Source: Octopus bimaculoides (Eukaryota). Taken from it: a stretch of DNA of 54,091 nucleotides. The notes beneath the pieces were generated by a model, which ran no database searches, was not told the DNA's origin, and was given only the letters and a program-made list of their open reading frames with translations. The position numbers and the translations under genes were made by a program. Below, piece after piece: positions 1 through 11,149 of this stretch (the stretch's first letter is position 1; each line of letters opens with the position of its first letter). Location: positions 72,794,585 through 72,848,675 of the forward strand of contig NC_068982.1 of assembly GCF_001194135.2 (NCBI RefSeq), given 5' to 3'.

Positions 1-229
1 ACATGGACAACTGTATGTTGGCTGCTCAAGAGTGGGCAGCAACAAAAAACCTATTTGTATATGCTCCACAAGGGAAAACAAGGAACATAGCTTACAATGA
101 GGTGTTATAATCACAACAGCAAGAAAGTATGTACATGATCACCTTCTTTTACGCAACTTCATTGACTTTCATATATTTATATTGATATACATATATATGC
201 GTGTGTTTGGGTGCGTGTGTGTATATACA

Positions 230-320
230 TCTCTATATATAAAGATGATGCGTAGTCTAGACGGCGTTTTTAGATATCATTATTCTCTTTAACCCGGGCA
301 ACGCCGGGTATTTCTGCTAG
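230..320 (+). mobile_element. 91-bp non-autonomous mini-Helitron
   Basis: Starts with TC (230) after A and ends with CTAG (317-320) before T. A GC-rich hairpin acccgg-gcaacg-ccgggt (292-309) lies 7 nt upstream of CTAG. No TSD. Confidence 0.75.
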
Positions 321-334
321 TCATCAATATTATT

Positions 335-750
335 ATCAATCATTTTAATGTCCATTCTCCCATGATTACATGGGTCAAATGAAATTTGTTGAAGCAGATT
401 GTCTATAGTCAGATGCTCTTCCTGTTGCAAACCCTCACCTGTTTTCAAGCCAGGTAAATATTTCCCCTTAAACCTTCAAATGTGAACAGTACAATGGCAG
501 GACATGTTTTCATGGATGATAGCAAACAAATAACACCATTTGTAAGACAGTGAAATTTGCTTATAAATACTGTGAGTTGTCAAGACAAGGGCACACACAT
601 AGAGTTTCTGTCTACCAAATCCATTACCAAGGCTTGGGGTGGCCTGCGCATACAGTAGAAGACACTTGCCTGAGGTACCAGTCACGAGACTGAACCAGTA
701 GCCATGTGGCACAAAGCAAACTTCTTAACTACATTGCCATGCCTGTGCCC
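335..750 (-). mobile_element. Decayed SINE family C (family A tRNA-like head plus (GAT)n-type tail)
   Basis: 601-750 matches the family A head/core (tttctgtctaccaaatcc...agaagacacttgcc). 335-600 matches the family B-type tail (ttttaatgtccattctcccatg, cctcacctgttt). Confidence 0.65.
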
Positions 751-904
751 TAATAGTGAATAATGGAAAACAAAGAATGTGGAAAAAAACCCTCTTAATT
801 TTAATACACTATACATAATGTTTAACAAGTTAAAAAACAAAAACACACTATATTGTAACATAAACACATAGCAAACATACATACATAACACACACACACA
901 GATG

Positions 905-940
<36 letters not shown>

Positions 941-1494
941 CTTTGCATACACTACATACAAACTATATATTTGATTGCTTTCTTATGGTAGTCCATCAAA
1001 TCCAATAACAACAATCTTGTTAATTTGTTGATGACTGTACACACCAATCCATTATGTACAAATAGTATACACAAAGAACATACACACACACACACACACA
1101 CATAAACCCATACACACACACACTCACACACAATTTACTCTAATATACGTGTTCATGATATTTAGATTAAAATGTTTTTTTAATGTTTTTTTTTTTATAA
1201 TGTAGGCTTTTTTTAAATTGATGGAAAGACAAAAGTTTCCATAAACACAAATTACAAGAATAATAATAATTTAAAATTGAAATACAAACTTAGACTGAAA
1301 TCAAAACAAATTAAATTTTAAAAAAAACTAAATTTATTTTTTATTGAAGTTTGAATTTCATTTTGAATTGTATTTTTAAAGAAAATGTTTATTTCAATCT
1401 GTGTTCATATTTCAATTATTTTTTAAAAAGTGCATTTTTGATTTATTCTCCACAAATTCTTCGATTTCTGTCTATAAAAAAATTGTTTTGTCAG

Positions 1495-1995
1495 TTTCAC
1501 ATTCCACTTATTGCCCACCACCCCTTATCTACCATTCACTATATCCACCCCTCAACACTTGTTCTTCACTCATAATATCTCCCCCAACTATTGCCCATCT
1601 CACTCTCCAACACATTCTTGCAACTTCTACCCACCCACACTCCTACTTCTGCCACCACTCACATCTACTCACCTCATACCTTGAGAGTCCATCCAGGTAC
1701 CTCATCACCACTATTTTTACCTCTTTCCAGCTCCAACCTGATTACTCCCCTTCTGTCATACTTTAACCCATCATCTCCAAGCATAAAGCCTCCAATCTCA
1801 GGATTTACAATCTTGCAGGCTGCATGGTAACCTCACTAGTGTGGATGGCATGAGAAGAGCATCCAGTATACACTGTAAAGAGGTTGGTGTTAAGAAGAAC
1901 ATTCAGCTATAGAATCATGCCAAACAAGACACTGGAGCATCAAACCATCCAATCCATGCCAGCACAGAACATGGACATTAAACAATGAAGATGAC
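1495..1995 (+). mobile_element. Family B (GAT)n-tailed retroposon with C-rich 5' extension
   Basis: ggttggtgttaagaagaacattcagctatagaa core and ccatgccagcac...ggacattaaac tail, preceded by about 300 bp of C/T-rich sequence also seen at 17325 and 37925. Confidence 0.6.
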
Positions 1996-2459
1996 ACTTT
2001 AGGAAAATAACTTTTGATTTAAATCAAAAGCCTTATTTTCACATACATTACTTTGTAACTACGTATTCCCAGTCATTTTGGGTCAAATGCAACTATTTCA
2101 GTTACGCAATACGAAGTGCCATCCAATCCTGGACTGTATAGGGGAAAGACTGATGAATTAATGAAAAAGAATGACTTCTAAGCTATTTATTATGTTATTG
2201 GGTGAAAGGGCTGAGAGCTTTCAATGTTTCATTTTGATTTGAAAATTAGTTTGCCTGTTTTGTACTCCAGCTAACCCATACTGACCAGAATCTAATGAAT
2301 TATAATTGTTCCTACATGTGACAAGATAACTAAAGAGGCTGACGAAAGGAAGGGCATCCAGCTATAAAGCATTGCTTAAGAAAACCTGTCCAACACATGC
2401 CAGCAAGGAAAAGCAGATGTAAAATGATGATGATGATGGTAAATCTAAGAAATTATAAT

Positions 2460-2900
2460 GCATTTATGACCATTATCATTATTATCACTGTTTTACATCC
2501 ACTTTCTGTGCTGGAATGTGTTGGACAGGTCAGTATTGCTCTCCTAGACTAATCTGAAGATCACATCTTACTTGAAAGTTTCATTCCGGTTTGGTTTCTA
2601 CAGCTAGATGCCTTTTTTTAACAACAATCACTTCACAGAATGTAGTGGGTGCATTTTATCAATGACACCAGCACTAGAGAGGTTGACATGTATTTGACAA
2701 GACTGGAGATTACTCTTGACCCTACACTTCAGATTGAACTGGGTACAGGTTATCATGGCACCAGCACTACAGAGGCTGTCATGTTGAAGACTAAAAGGTA
2801 CTTCCAACCACACACTTCAAAGGGTGAACTAGGTACATGTTATTGTCGTACCAGCACTAGAGAGACAGTCAGATTGAAGACAAGACTGAAAGTCCTCTCA
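2460..2900 (-). mobile_element. Decayed family B copy with three ~90-bp tandem units
   Basis: tttctacagctagatgcc core; accagcacta(g/c)agag recurs near 2666, 2761 and 2850. Confidence 0.55.
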
Positions 2901-3067
2901 ATCTCACACTTTACATATTTACAACCCAATAAGCTTTTTAACAATATGAATATCAACCCTTCTGTGATGAAACTTCTGATGAAATATACAGATTATGTTT
3001 TTCAATTCAAAGAAATTTAGTAAAAATTTTTTTCCTAATTCACTTTTGCATTTATTTCCATGTTATA

Positions 3068-3470
3068 CTCTCTTTTACTCTTTTACTTGTTTCAGTCATT
3101 TGATTGCGGCCATGCTGGAGCACCGCCTTTAGTCGAGCAAATCGACCCCAGGACTTATTCTTTGGAAGCCTAGTACTTATTCTATTGGTCTCTTTTGCCG
3201 AACCACTAGGTTACGGGGACGTAAACACACCAGCATCGGCTGTCAAGCGATGTTGGCGGGACAAACACAGACACACAAACATACACACATATATACATAC
3301 ATATATACGACGGGCTTCTTTCAGTTTCTGTCTACCAAATCCACTCACAAGGCTTTGGTCGGCCCGAGGCTATAGTAGAAGACATTTGCTCAAGGTGCCA
3401 CGCAGTGGAACTGAACCCGGAATCATGTGGTTGGTAAGCAAGCTACTTACCACACAGCCACTCCCGCACC
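3068..3470 (-). mobile_element. Full-length tRNA-headed SINE family A (OR-like)
   Basis: Reverse strand shows an A-box-like TGGCTGTGTGG, a B-box-like GGTTCAGTTCC, a CORE-like caccttgagcaa, an internal (TA/CA) tract, and the tail ggtgctccagcatggccgc...gactgaaacaagtaaaagagtaaaag. Confidence 0.9.
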
Positions 3471-4040
3471 TGTTATGCTGGTTCTGAGAGGGTAACATAA
3501 TTTAGCTAAAGATTTTCACAAAAGATTATAACATAAACCTTTAATTCAAATGAAAACACTTTAAAATGCGTCATTACATATAGTAAAACTAGAGGGTTTT
3601 TTTTCTCCCTAGCAGATTGGTACCAAAAGTATTAATATTCTTATATCAGAGGTGACATCTCAAGCTTACTGGAGACAAAAATGGCAAGTTTGTGTGTGAC
3701 TAAAAATGTCTTGCTTCAAAGCATTTGTGAAGTAAATGCAATGTATTTGACAAAAAGCAATTTAAAAATAAAATAAAAATTTAATTAAATAACACTTTTT
3801 GGAAATACGTAAATGTCGCAAATTTACATCATGCACCCCTTTGGGAAGATACACACATAAAAAAAAGTAAGTTGCATCAAACACTAATCACAAACAAAAA
3901 AAAATAAATAAATAATAATAATAAATAAAAAACCCAAATTCAGTTGTAATACAAAATTAATAGATAAAACAAACCTTATAAGCTGATTGGATGAAAACAA
4001 GTAACCAATGATATTTCAATGTTGGCAGTGCATATAATAA

Positions 4041-4105
4041 TCAGTATTGTTTGCAGCACACAGGAATCTTTTCTACATTGTACTCCAACAGGTGTGCATG
4101 GAAAT
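4041..4105 (-). CDS. Candidate terminal exon of an unidentified gene (FHAHLLEYNVEKIPVCCKQY*)
   Basis: Acceptor ttttttgcaacag| in unique sequence, followed by AU-rich UTR-like sequence. Frame uncertain; protein not recognised. Confidence 0.2.
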
Positions 4106-4907
4106 CTGTTGCAAAAAAGGTAGAACACCGTCAAGGATTAGCTATGTGTGTAGGGGTTGGAAACAAAATTGAAAACAAATAATCTTCTAAAAGTATATAT
4201 ATAAATATCAAAATAAATTAACATTTAAAAAAAATATTTTTAATCAGTCTACTTATGAACAAATGGAATGACTGCTTGACAATTTACCCGAGATCCTACT
4301 GTACAAGTTATCTCTCTCAAAAGCGCAATGCAATGGAAATCAGCCTACATAAGCTTCCTATCAACTGCTAATATATAAGAATTTAACTGGAATGTATTAG
4401 CTGTATTAACCACATCTAAGTATCATTAGTTTTCAAAGAGATGCTCCCCTTGTTCAAACTAAACAATAACAATATTACTATCAGTTAAAAATATAGACAA
4501 TGAATTGGCAGTCATTACAGTGCAGGATAGAATACCTCATGGTATTTGTTCTGACACTATGTGCTCTGAGTTCAAATCTTGCCACAGTCAATTTTGCCTT
4601 CATCTTCTCAGGGTTTATAAAAAAAATACCAATCCCGAACAGTGGATTGTCGAAGCTAGCCTGTCGCAGCCCCTAGCCTTACTAGCTCCTGTCAAGCCAT
4701 CCAACCCATGTCCAACCATGAAAACTATGCCATCCAACCATGAAAACCAGACATTAAATGATGATGAAGATGATGTAACTCTTAGAGGGTTGAGTAAAAT
4801 GGCTAACAATGAATCTGTTCTAGTTTTTTGAGTTTAGATCACTGCTCTATCAAAGAATTTGGGTAGAAGGAAACTGTACAAAGTCTGTTGTATATGTATG
4901 CATGTGT

Positions 4908-5296
4908 GGAGGTGCAATGGCCCAGTGGTTAGGGCAACAGATTCACGGTCATTGGATCGCGGTTTTGATTCCCAGACAGGACGTTGTGAGTGTTTATTGA
5001 GCGAAAACATCTAAAACTCCACGAGGCTCTGGCAGGGGATGGTGGCGAACCCTGCTGTACTCTTTCACCACAACTTTCTCTCACTCTTACTTCCTGTTTC
5101 TGTTGTGCCTGTAATTCAAAGGGTTAGCCTTGTCACACTGTGTCACGCTGAATATCCCTGAGAACTACGTTAAGGGTACACGTGTCTGTGGAGTGCTCAG
5201 CCACTTGCACGTTAATTTCATGAGCAGGCTGTTCCATTAATTGGATCAACTGGAACTCTCGACGTCGTAAGCGACGGAGTGCCAACAACAACAACA
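4908..5296 (+). mobile_element. tRNA-headed SINE family D with (ACA)n tail
   Basis: A box TGGCCCAGTGG, B-box-like GGTTTTGATTCC, 3' hairpin cgtcg-taag-cgacg, and tail ccaacaacaacaaca. Confidence 0.8.
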
Positions 5297-5767
5297 TGTA
5301 TGCATGTATGTGGCGGGGTTGTGAACTCATGTGTATGTACATACATGAGCATGAATGTTGGTATCACACCCTTATTACTACTTGAGTGAAATGGTAATGA
5401 TGTTTATATTCCTTGTAAACATTTCAACCAGTAACTCGGCACTTTCAAAGATCTGGAGAATAAGAGAAATCCATTCCTTCAAAAATAAATAAGAGTTGGC
5501 TACAAGAAGAGAGCATCCAACCATAAAATCCAGCTTCACATAAGTCTCCAGCCAACCCATGCTAGCATGGAAAACAAATGCTAAATGAACAAATGAATAT
5601 ACTGTCATTAATGTACACATGTATGATTATTTGAATATCTTAGGGCTAAGCTACAGAATAAATAGCTTTCTTTTTAAAATTAATCAGTATCATGCACATG
5701 ACTTTCAAAAAAAAAAGAAAGAAAGAATAAACCAGTCTTTATACATTACACACAGACACACAAGCAC

Positions 5768-6128
5768 ATAATACATTGGACTTCAGCCATGTTCAAGCAC
5801 CACCTTAAAAGGGTATTAGTTGAACAATTTGATCCCAATAATTATTTTGCTGAACCATCAAGAGTTACGAAACTTAAACAAGTCAGCATCAACAGTGGTT
5901 GTCAAACTGAGGCAGTGGTGGTGGGGCAGACACAGACATACACACAAATATGTACACGATACATACATACACACACAGACACATACATATGATGGACTTC
6001 CACACAGTTTCTGTGAAACAAATTCACTCACAAGGCATTGGTTAACCTGAGGCTATAGTAGAAGGAACATGCAGTGGGACTGAAGCTAAAACCATGTGCT
6101 TGCCAGGCAAGCTTCTTAACCACACAAT
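5768..6128 (-). mobile_element. Decayed SINE family A
   Basis: Colinear with 3068-3470 (cagccatgttcaagcaccacc...cttcttaaccacac); CpG sites mostly lost. Confidence 0.75.
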
Positions 6129-6371
6129 CATAAAAGCACTAAACTATTGCACCAACCAGTCGACTGACTGATTTGTCTCAGAATGCACATTCAGATGTAA
6201 AACACCTGCACAACCAATTCCAGATGTTATCTAGTTCCCAAAACCACTGAACCATCCATGCTAGTTCAGAGAAACTCACACACATACACAGAAACACATT
6301 GTCTTGTAAAAATGTAAGACAGATGGAAGCAATTCATCTTACAATTTTCATTGAATAAATAAAATTTTCTT

Positions 6372-6475
6372 TCACGTGGTTTCAAAGTCTGGGATTCTTT
6401 GAGAAGGAGGCACATGCTGTAATGTTTGTGCCTTTTCCCCACCCATAGTCATCACAATCATCCACCCACCCATAT
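6372..6475 (-). other. Candidate exon, frame unresolved
   Basis: Acceptor ttttaatggtttcacag|. Two frames stay open about 30 codons and then stop. A GTAAGA donor lies at 6337-6342. Confidence 0.15.
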
Positions 6476-7152
6476 CTGTGAAACCATTAAAAATATAATT
6501 GAAGTATTCCAACTGGGTTAAACTGTCTCAAAGACTCAACTTAGTGAGAACATCACAGGTGCCATGTGATGCCTACTGACTTTGAATAAATAATAAGTTT
6601 ACAATGTAATTAGCATCATAAAGTAGCTAATTATTAATAATTTCTAGCCCTTACATGGTTACAACCTTACACGATCTTTAAAATACAGCTGCTGGAATTT
6701 GTCTGAGGCTGATTGTTATATCTTTGAATATATATATTGATTTCCTCTGAAAACACGCAAGGCTAATTTCAATCGCTCATTTGTTCCATTTAATGTCTGT
6801 TTTTCCATGGCTTAGACAGGGTTAAAAATTAAGGCAGGATTTTTATAGCTAGATGCTCTTTTTGATTCCACTCACAAGATATTGGTCAATCAGAGGCTAG
6901 TGTATAAGGTACATGCCATACAGTAGGACTGAACTAAGAACCGCACAGACTAATCTTGAATTAATGAAAGTGCTGAAACTGTAGTCTTAGAAAGGAATTT
7001 TGGGATAAAACATTTGCATATATCAAAAGAATTTACTGACTTCAGAGAATTTACCAACTTGAAATTCTTTTTAGGAATAGAGGGTTTCAAAGTACACATA
7101 AAGCTATAAATATTCTCAACCCAATATTTACATGTCATTATTCATAGTATTA

Positions 7153-7475
7153 AGGTGCATGACTCAGTGGTTAGAGCATCAGGCTCACAATCATGGGGTA
7201 GTGAGTTCAATTCTAGGATTGGGCTGTGTTCTTGAGCAAGGCACTTCATGTCATGTTGCTGCAATTCACTCAGCTGTAGAAATGAGTTGTAACATCACTA
7301 GTACCAAGCTGTATTGGCCTTTGCCCTTCCCTTGGATAACATCAGTAGCACGGTGAGGAGAGGCTGGTATGCAAAGGCAACTGCTGGTCTTACATAAACA
7401 ACCTTGCCCTGACTTGTACCAGGTGCAATCTTATGGTTATTCATGACCAAAAGGAGTCTTTACCCTTTTACCCTG
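7153..7475 (+). mobile_element. tRNA-headed SINE family E
   Basis: TGACTCAGTGGTTAGAGCAT A-box region, GAGTTCAATTCT B-box-like motif, CORE-like gtgttcttgagcaaggcactt, and tail tctttacccttttaccc. Confidence 0.65.
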
Positions 7476-7789
7476 TGTAAGCTTCAAGATTCACTACTCA
7501 AAAAACAAAAAAAAAAGAATTATTTCATGTTCTCTCAAAAATTTATAAACTCTAATGATGTCAACAATATACAATTCTTGCTGATAAGAATGAAGTTACT
7601 AAAAAGGATAGAGAAATTCGAAGGATAACTTTGGTCCCATGGTGGAACACTTGTCATGTTTACAGATGTAGGTTCATGTCCCATCAACAGCCTTCAACTT
7701 TTTGCATCCAAAAAGAGTTTTTTCAGCCCAATCTTCACATGCTGTTGTTCATAGCTTGTGTGCACTTTGAGTTCCATTAATTCAAAAAT

Positions 7790-8900
7790 AAATATATCAA
7801 AATGCAAATCTTGCAATTTACAAAGATGATGCCGTAGCTTTAACCCCAAATACCAATGGACCAGCATAGGATCGGTTTAGAAAGGATATTATCCATTTGA
7901 TGAAAACTTTTGGCCTTAGCATATCTACAGATACCAACCTGACGGTTGTCAATTACCTAGATGTGTCCCTAGATCTAAATAAGAATATTTATAAACCTTA
8001 TAGGAAGCCCAACGATAGACTTAGTTATATCAATGTGGGTTCCTGCCATCCCCCATAGTGTTTAGAAATTTAGTTAAAAAACATTAGTAAAAGAATTTCT
8101 AGCCTCTCCTCTGATAGGGACATTTTTAATAGTGTTGCCCCAGTATATAATAAGGCTCTAAAAGATTGTGGTTTTAACGAGGAAATAACCTATACACTTG
8201 CCACCAGTCCAGTAATAAAGAAAAGAAAGCATAGGAATAGGAAAACCATCTAGTTCACCCCCCTCCCTCACCCGAAGTGACCTTTAATATAGGCAAGTAC
8301 TTCTTGGAGCTGATAGACAGACACTTTCCAGTCAACCATAGTTATAGAAAGATCTTCAACAGACATAACTTAAAAATCAGTTTCTGCTCAACTGCTAATT
8401 TTAAAAATATAATCGCACACAACACACAAAAACCACAGTATGAAACCAGCTGTTCATGCAGAGATAAAAATTTGTGCCCGCTAAATGGAGCTTGCATGTC
8501 CGAAACTATCATTTATGAGGCCACCGTGGACTCTATATCCACTAAGGACACAGTTTCGATGAAGAAATACGTGGGCCTCACGGAGGGTAATTTCAAGGCC
8601 AGATTCAATAATCACACTGAGTTTCAGGCACTAGGACAAAAGGAAAACGATCAAATTATCCAGTCATATATGGTCTTTAAAAGATAAAGTTGTCAGTTAC
8701 AACATCCATTGGAAGATCTTAGCCAAGTGTAAACCTTACACCAGCGGTAGCGGAAGGTGTGGTCTATGTGATATGGAAAGATGGCTCATTTGGAAAGGCA
8801 GCTTAGACCCTGCCACATGTCTAAATTCAAGGACTGAACTTTTCGGATCATGTCCACATGTGGCCAAATATTTGCTACGTTTTTGGTCGCCCTCAGTTTA
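7790..8900 (+). pseudogene. 5'-truncated, disrupted Penelope-like element (RT C-terminus plus GIY-YIG endonuclease), Naiad-like
   Basis: YKDD, VNYLDVSLDL, YKPYRKPND, CSCRDKNLCPLNGAC, IIYEATV...YVGLTEGNFKARFNNH, RCGLCDME and SCPH motifs, with several stops and frameshifts. Confidence 0.9.
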
Positions 8901-10189
8901 CTGATAGGACTCGCTTTCTATATTGTGTCTATGTATAAGCTTTTTATCTTTCTATACTTTTTACTTAGATTTCTTATGTGTTTTTTATATTTTTTACATA
9001 ATTATAGAGTTAATGTTTTGTATTTTTTCCATACATATTTTTTCTGTTATCTCCCCTCCACCCTGCTTTTTTCCACATACATGGAACCTTATGTGTGCGC
9101 TTGTGAGTGTGTGCGGGTACGTGTGTATATAGATGTATGTACGTGCATGCGAAAATATGCGCATATTAGACGCATTTTAACCATATAACTTTTTCACATT
9201 TTCTTCAGTTTCTTGCTTTTAGCCTTAAAAATTTTTTTTGCGTAGGTGTGCATGGGTGCGGGGTTGTTGAGTGCATGTGTGTGTGGGTGTGTATGCGGGT
9301 ATATATATGTATATGTACATATATGTATAGTTTTTGGCGAGTATGTGGGTGAGCATGTGTGTGTTTCAAGCGAGGGTGGTTTAGTATATACTTATAGGCG
9401 AATGAACGGATTGGTGCGCTTACGCGAACACTATAGACTTTTCTACTCCCTTACCTTTACCCACTCCCCTTNNNNNNNNNNNNNNNNNNNNNNNNNNNNN
9501 NNNNNNNNNNNNNNNNNNNNNNNNNNNNNNNNNNNNNNNNNNNNNNNNNNNNNNNNNNNNNNNNNNNNNNNNNNNNNNNNNNNNNNNNNNNNNNNNNNNN
9601 NNNNNNNNNNNNNNNNNNNNNNNNNNNNNNNNNNNNNNNNNNNNNNNNNNNNNNNNNNNNNNNNNNNNNNNNNNNNNNNNNNNNNNNNNNNNNNNNNNNN
9701 NNNNNNNNNNNNNNNNNNNNNNNNNNNNNNNNNNNNNNNNNNNNNNNNNNNNNNNNNNNNNNNNNNNNNNNNNNNNNNNNNNNNNNNNNNNNNNNNNNNN
9801 NNNNNNNNNNNNNNNNNNNNNNNNNNNNNNNNNNNNNNNNNNNNNNNNNNNNNNNNNNNNNNNNNNNNNNNNNNNNNNNNNNNNNNNNNNNNNNNNNNNN
9901 NNNNNNNNNNNNNNNNNNNNNNNNNNNNNNNNNNNNNNNNNNNNNNNNNNNNNNNNNNNNNNNNNNNNNNNNNNNNNNNNNNNNNNNNNNNNNNNNNNNN
10001 NNNNNNNNNNNNNNNNNNNNNNNNNNNNNNNNNNNNNNNNNNNNNNNNNNNNNNNNNNNNNNNNNNNNNNNNNNNNNNNNNNNNNNNNNNNNNNNNNNNN
10101 NNNNNNNNNNNNNNNNNNNNNNNNNNNNNNNNNNNNNNNNNNNNNNNNNNNNNNNNNNNNNNNNNNNNNNNNNNNNNNNNNNNNNNTAT

Positions 10190-10884
10190 ATATCATCATC
10201 ATCGTTTAACGTCCGCTTTCCACGCTAGCATAGGTTGGATGATTTGACTGAGGACTGGTGAACCGGATGGCTGCACCAGGCTCCAATCTGATCTGGCAGA
10301 GTTTCTACAGCTGGATGCCCTTCCTAACGCCAATCACTCAGAGAGTGTAGTGGGTGCTTTTACGTGCCACTGGCACGAGGGCCAGTCACGCGGTACTGGC
10401 AACAGCCACACTCAAAATGGTGTTTTTTACATGCCACCTGCACAGGAGCCAGTCCAGCGGCACTGGCAATGACCTCGCTCGAATGATTTTCTAACGTGCC
10501 ACTGGCACAAGTACCGGTAAGGCGACACTGGTAACGATCACGCTGAAATGGTGCTATTTATGTGCCACTAGCACGGAAGCCAGACAGCTGCTCTGGCAAT
10601 GATCACGCTCGGACGGTGCTGACAGTGCTCCATTGGCACAGGTGCCGGTCATTGAATATGGTTCAATTATGATTTCGATTTCACTTGCCCCAACAGGTCT
10701 TTGCAAGCAGAGTTTAGTGTCCAATGAAGGATAGGTTGGCATGGGTGCCAGTCGTCGAATTTGGTAGAATTCCGATTTCAATTTCAATTCACTTGCCTCA
10801 ACAGGTCTTCACAAGCAGAGTTTAGTGTCCAATGAAGTAAAGATACGAATAAGTGAGCTGGCTACACTTCTGGCAGAGGTCACA
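10190..10884 (-). mobile_element. Family B retroposon with ~5 x 65-66 bp tandem units (probable RTE LINE 3' end)
   Basis: (CAT)n tail on + strand, ggatgcccttcctaacgcc core, and units starting at 10353, 10419, 10485, 10550 and 10615. Confidence 0.85.
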
Positions 10885-10935
10885 NNNNNNNNNNNNNNNN
10901 NNNNNNNNNNNNNNNNNNNNNNNNNNNNNNNNNNN

Positions 10936-11135
10936 AATTGGTTATCATTATTATTGTGGATAGGAGAGATAATGGTTCAACTTTCTTTGGGTGGGGAGTT
11001 ATATATATATATAGATATATATATATATACACACACACAAATTGAGAAACTAGAGTAGTGGGGAGAAATATGTACAGTGATGGGTATGTAATCATGAATT
11101 AAAATATGCATAGAGATTAAAGTTGGTTATGCGTG
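10936..11135. repeat. Left arm of a ~200-bp inverted repeat (partner 12390-12612)
   Basis: aattggttatcattattattgtgga...gagattaaagttgg is the reverse complement of 12390-12612 with scattered mismatches. Confidence 0.8.
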
Positions 11136-11149
11136 CATATTTAGATGTG

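Noticed and set aside
3104-3487. 127-aa ORF with apparent signal peptide
   Set aside because: Antisense reading of a SINE; the same applies to the ORFs at 21548, 29266, 29897 and 53512.
4908-4975. tRNA genes at SINE heads
   Set aside because: Only A/B-box-like remnants are present; there is no complete cloverleaf.
8277-8870. Selenoprotein-type Penelope element
   Set aside because: The conserved Cys positions are TGT/TGC; the stops seen look like ordinary decay.
9246-10247. Long ORFs rich in X (also 19210, 23748, 26455, 33089, 36657, 43783, 50967)
   Set aside because: They are open only because they span N-gaps.
10353-10650. CRISPR-like appearance of the regular hairpin units
   Set aside because: Whole units are homologous with no unique spacers, there are no cas genes, the context is eukaryotic, and the array lies inside a dispersed retroposon.
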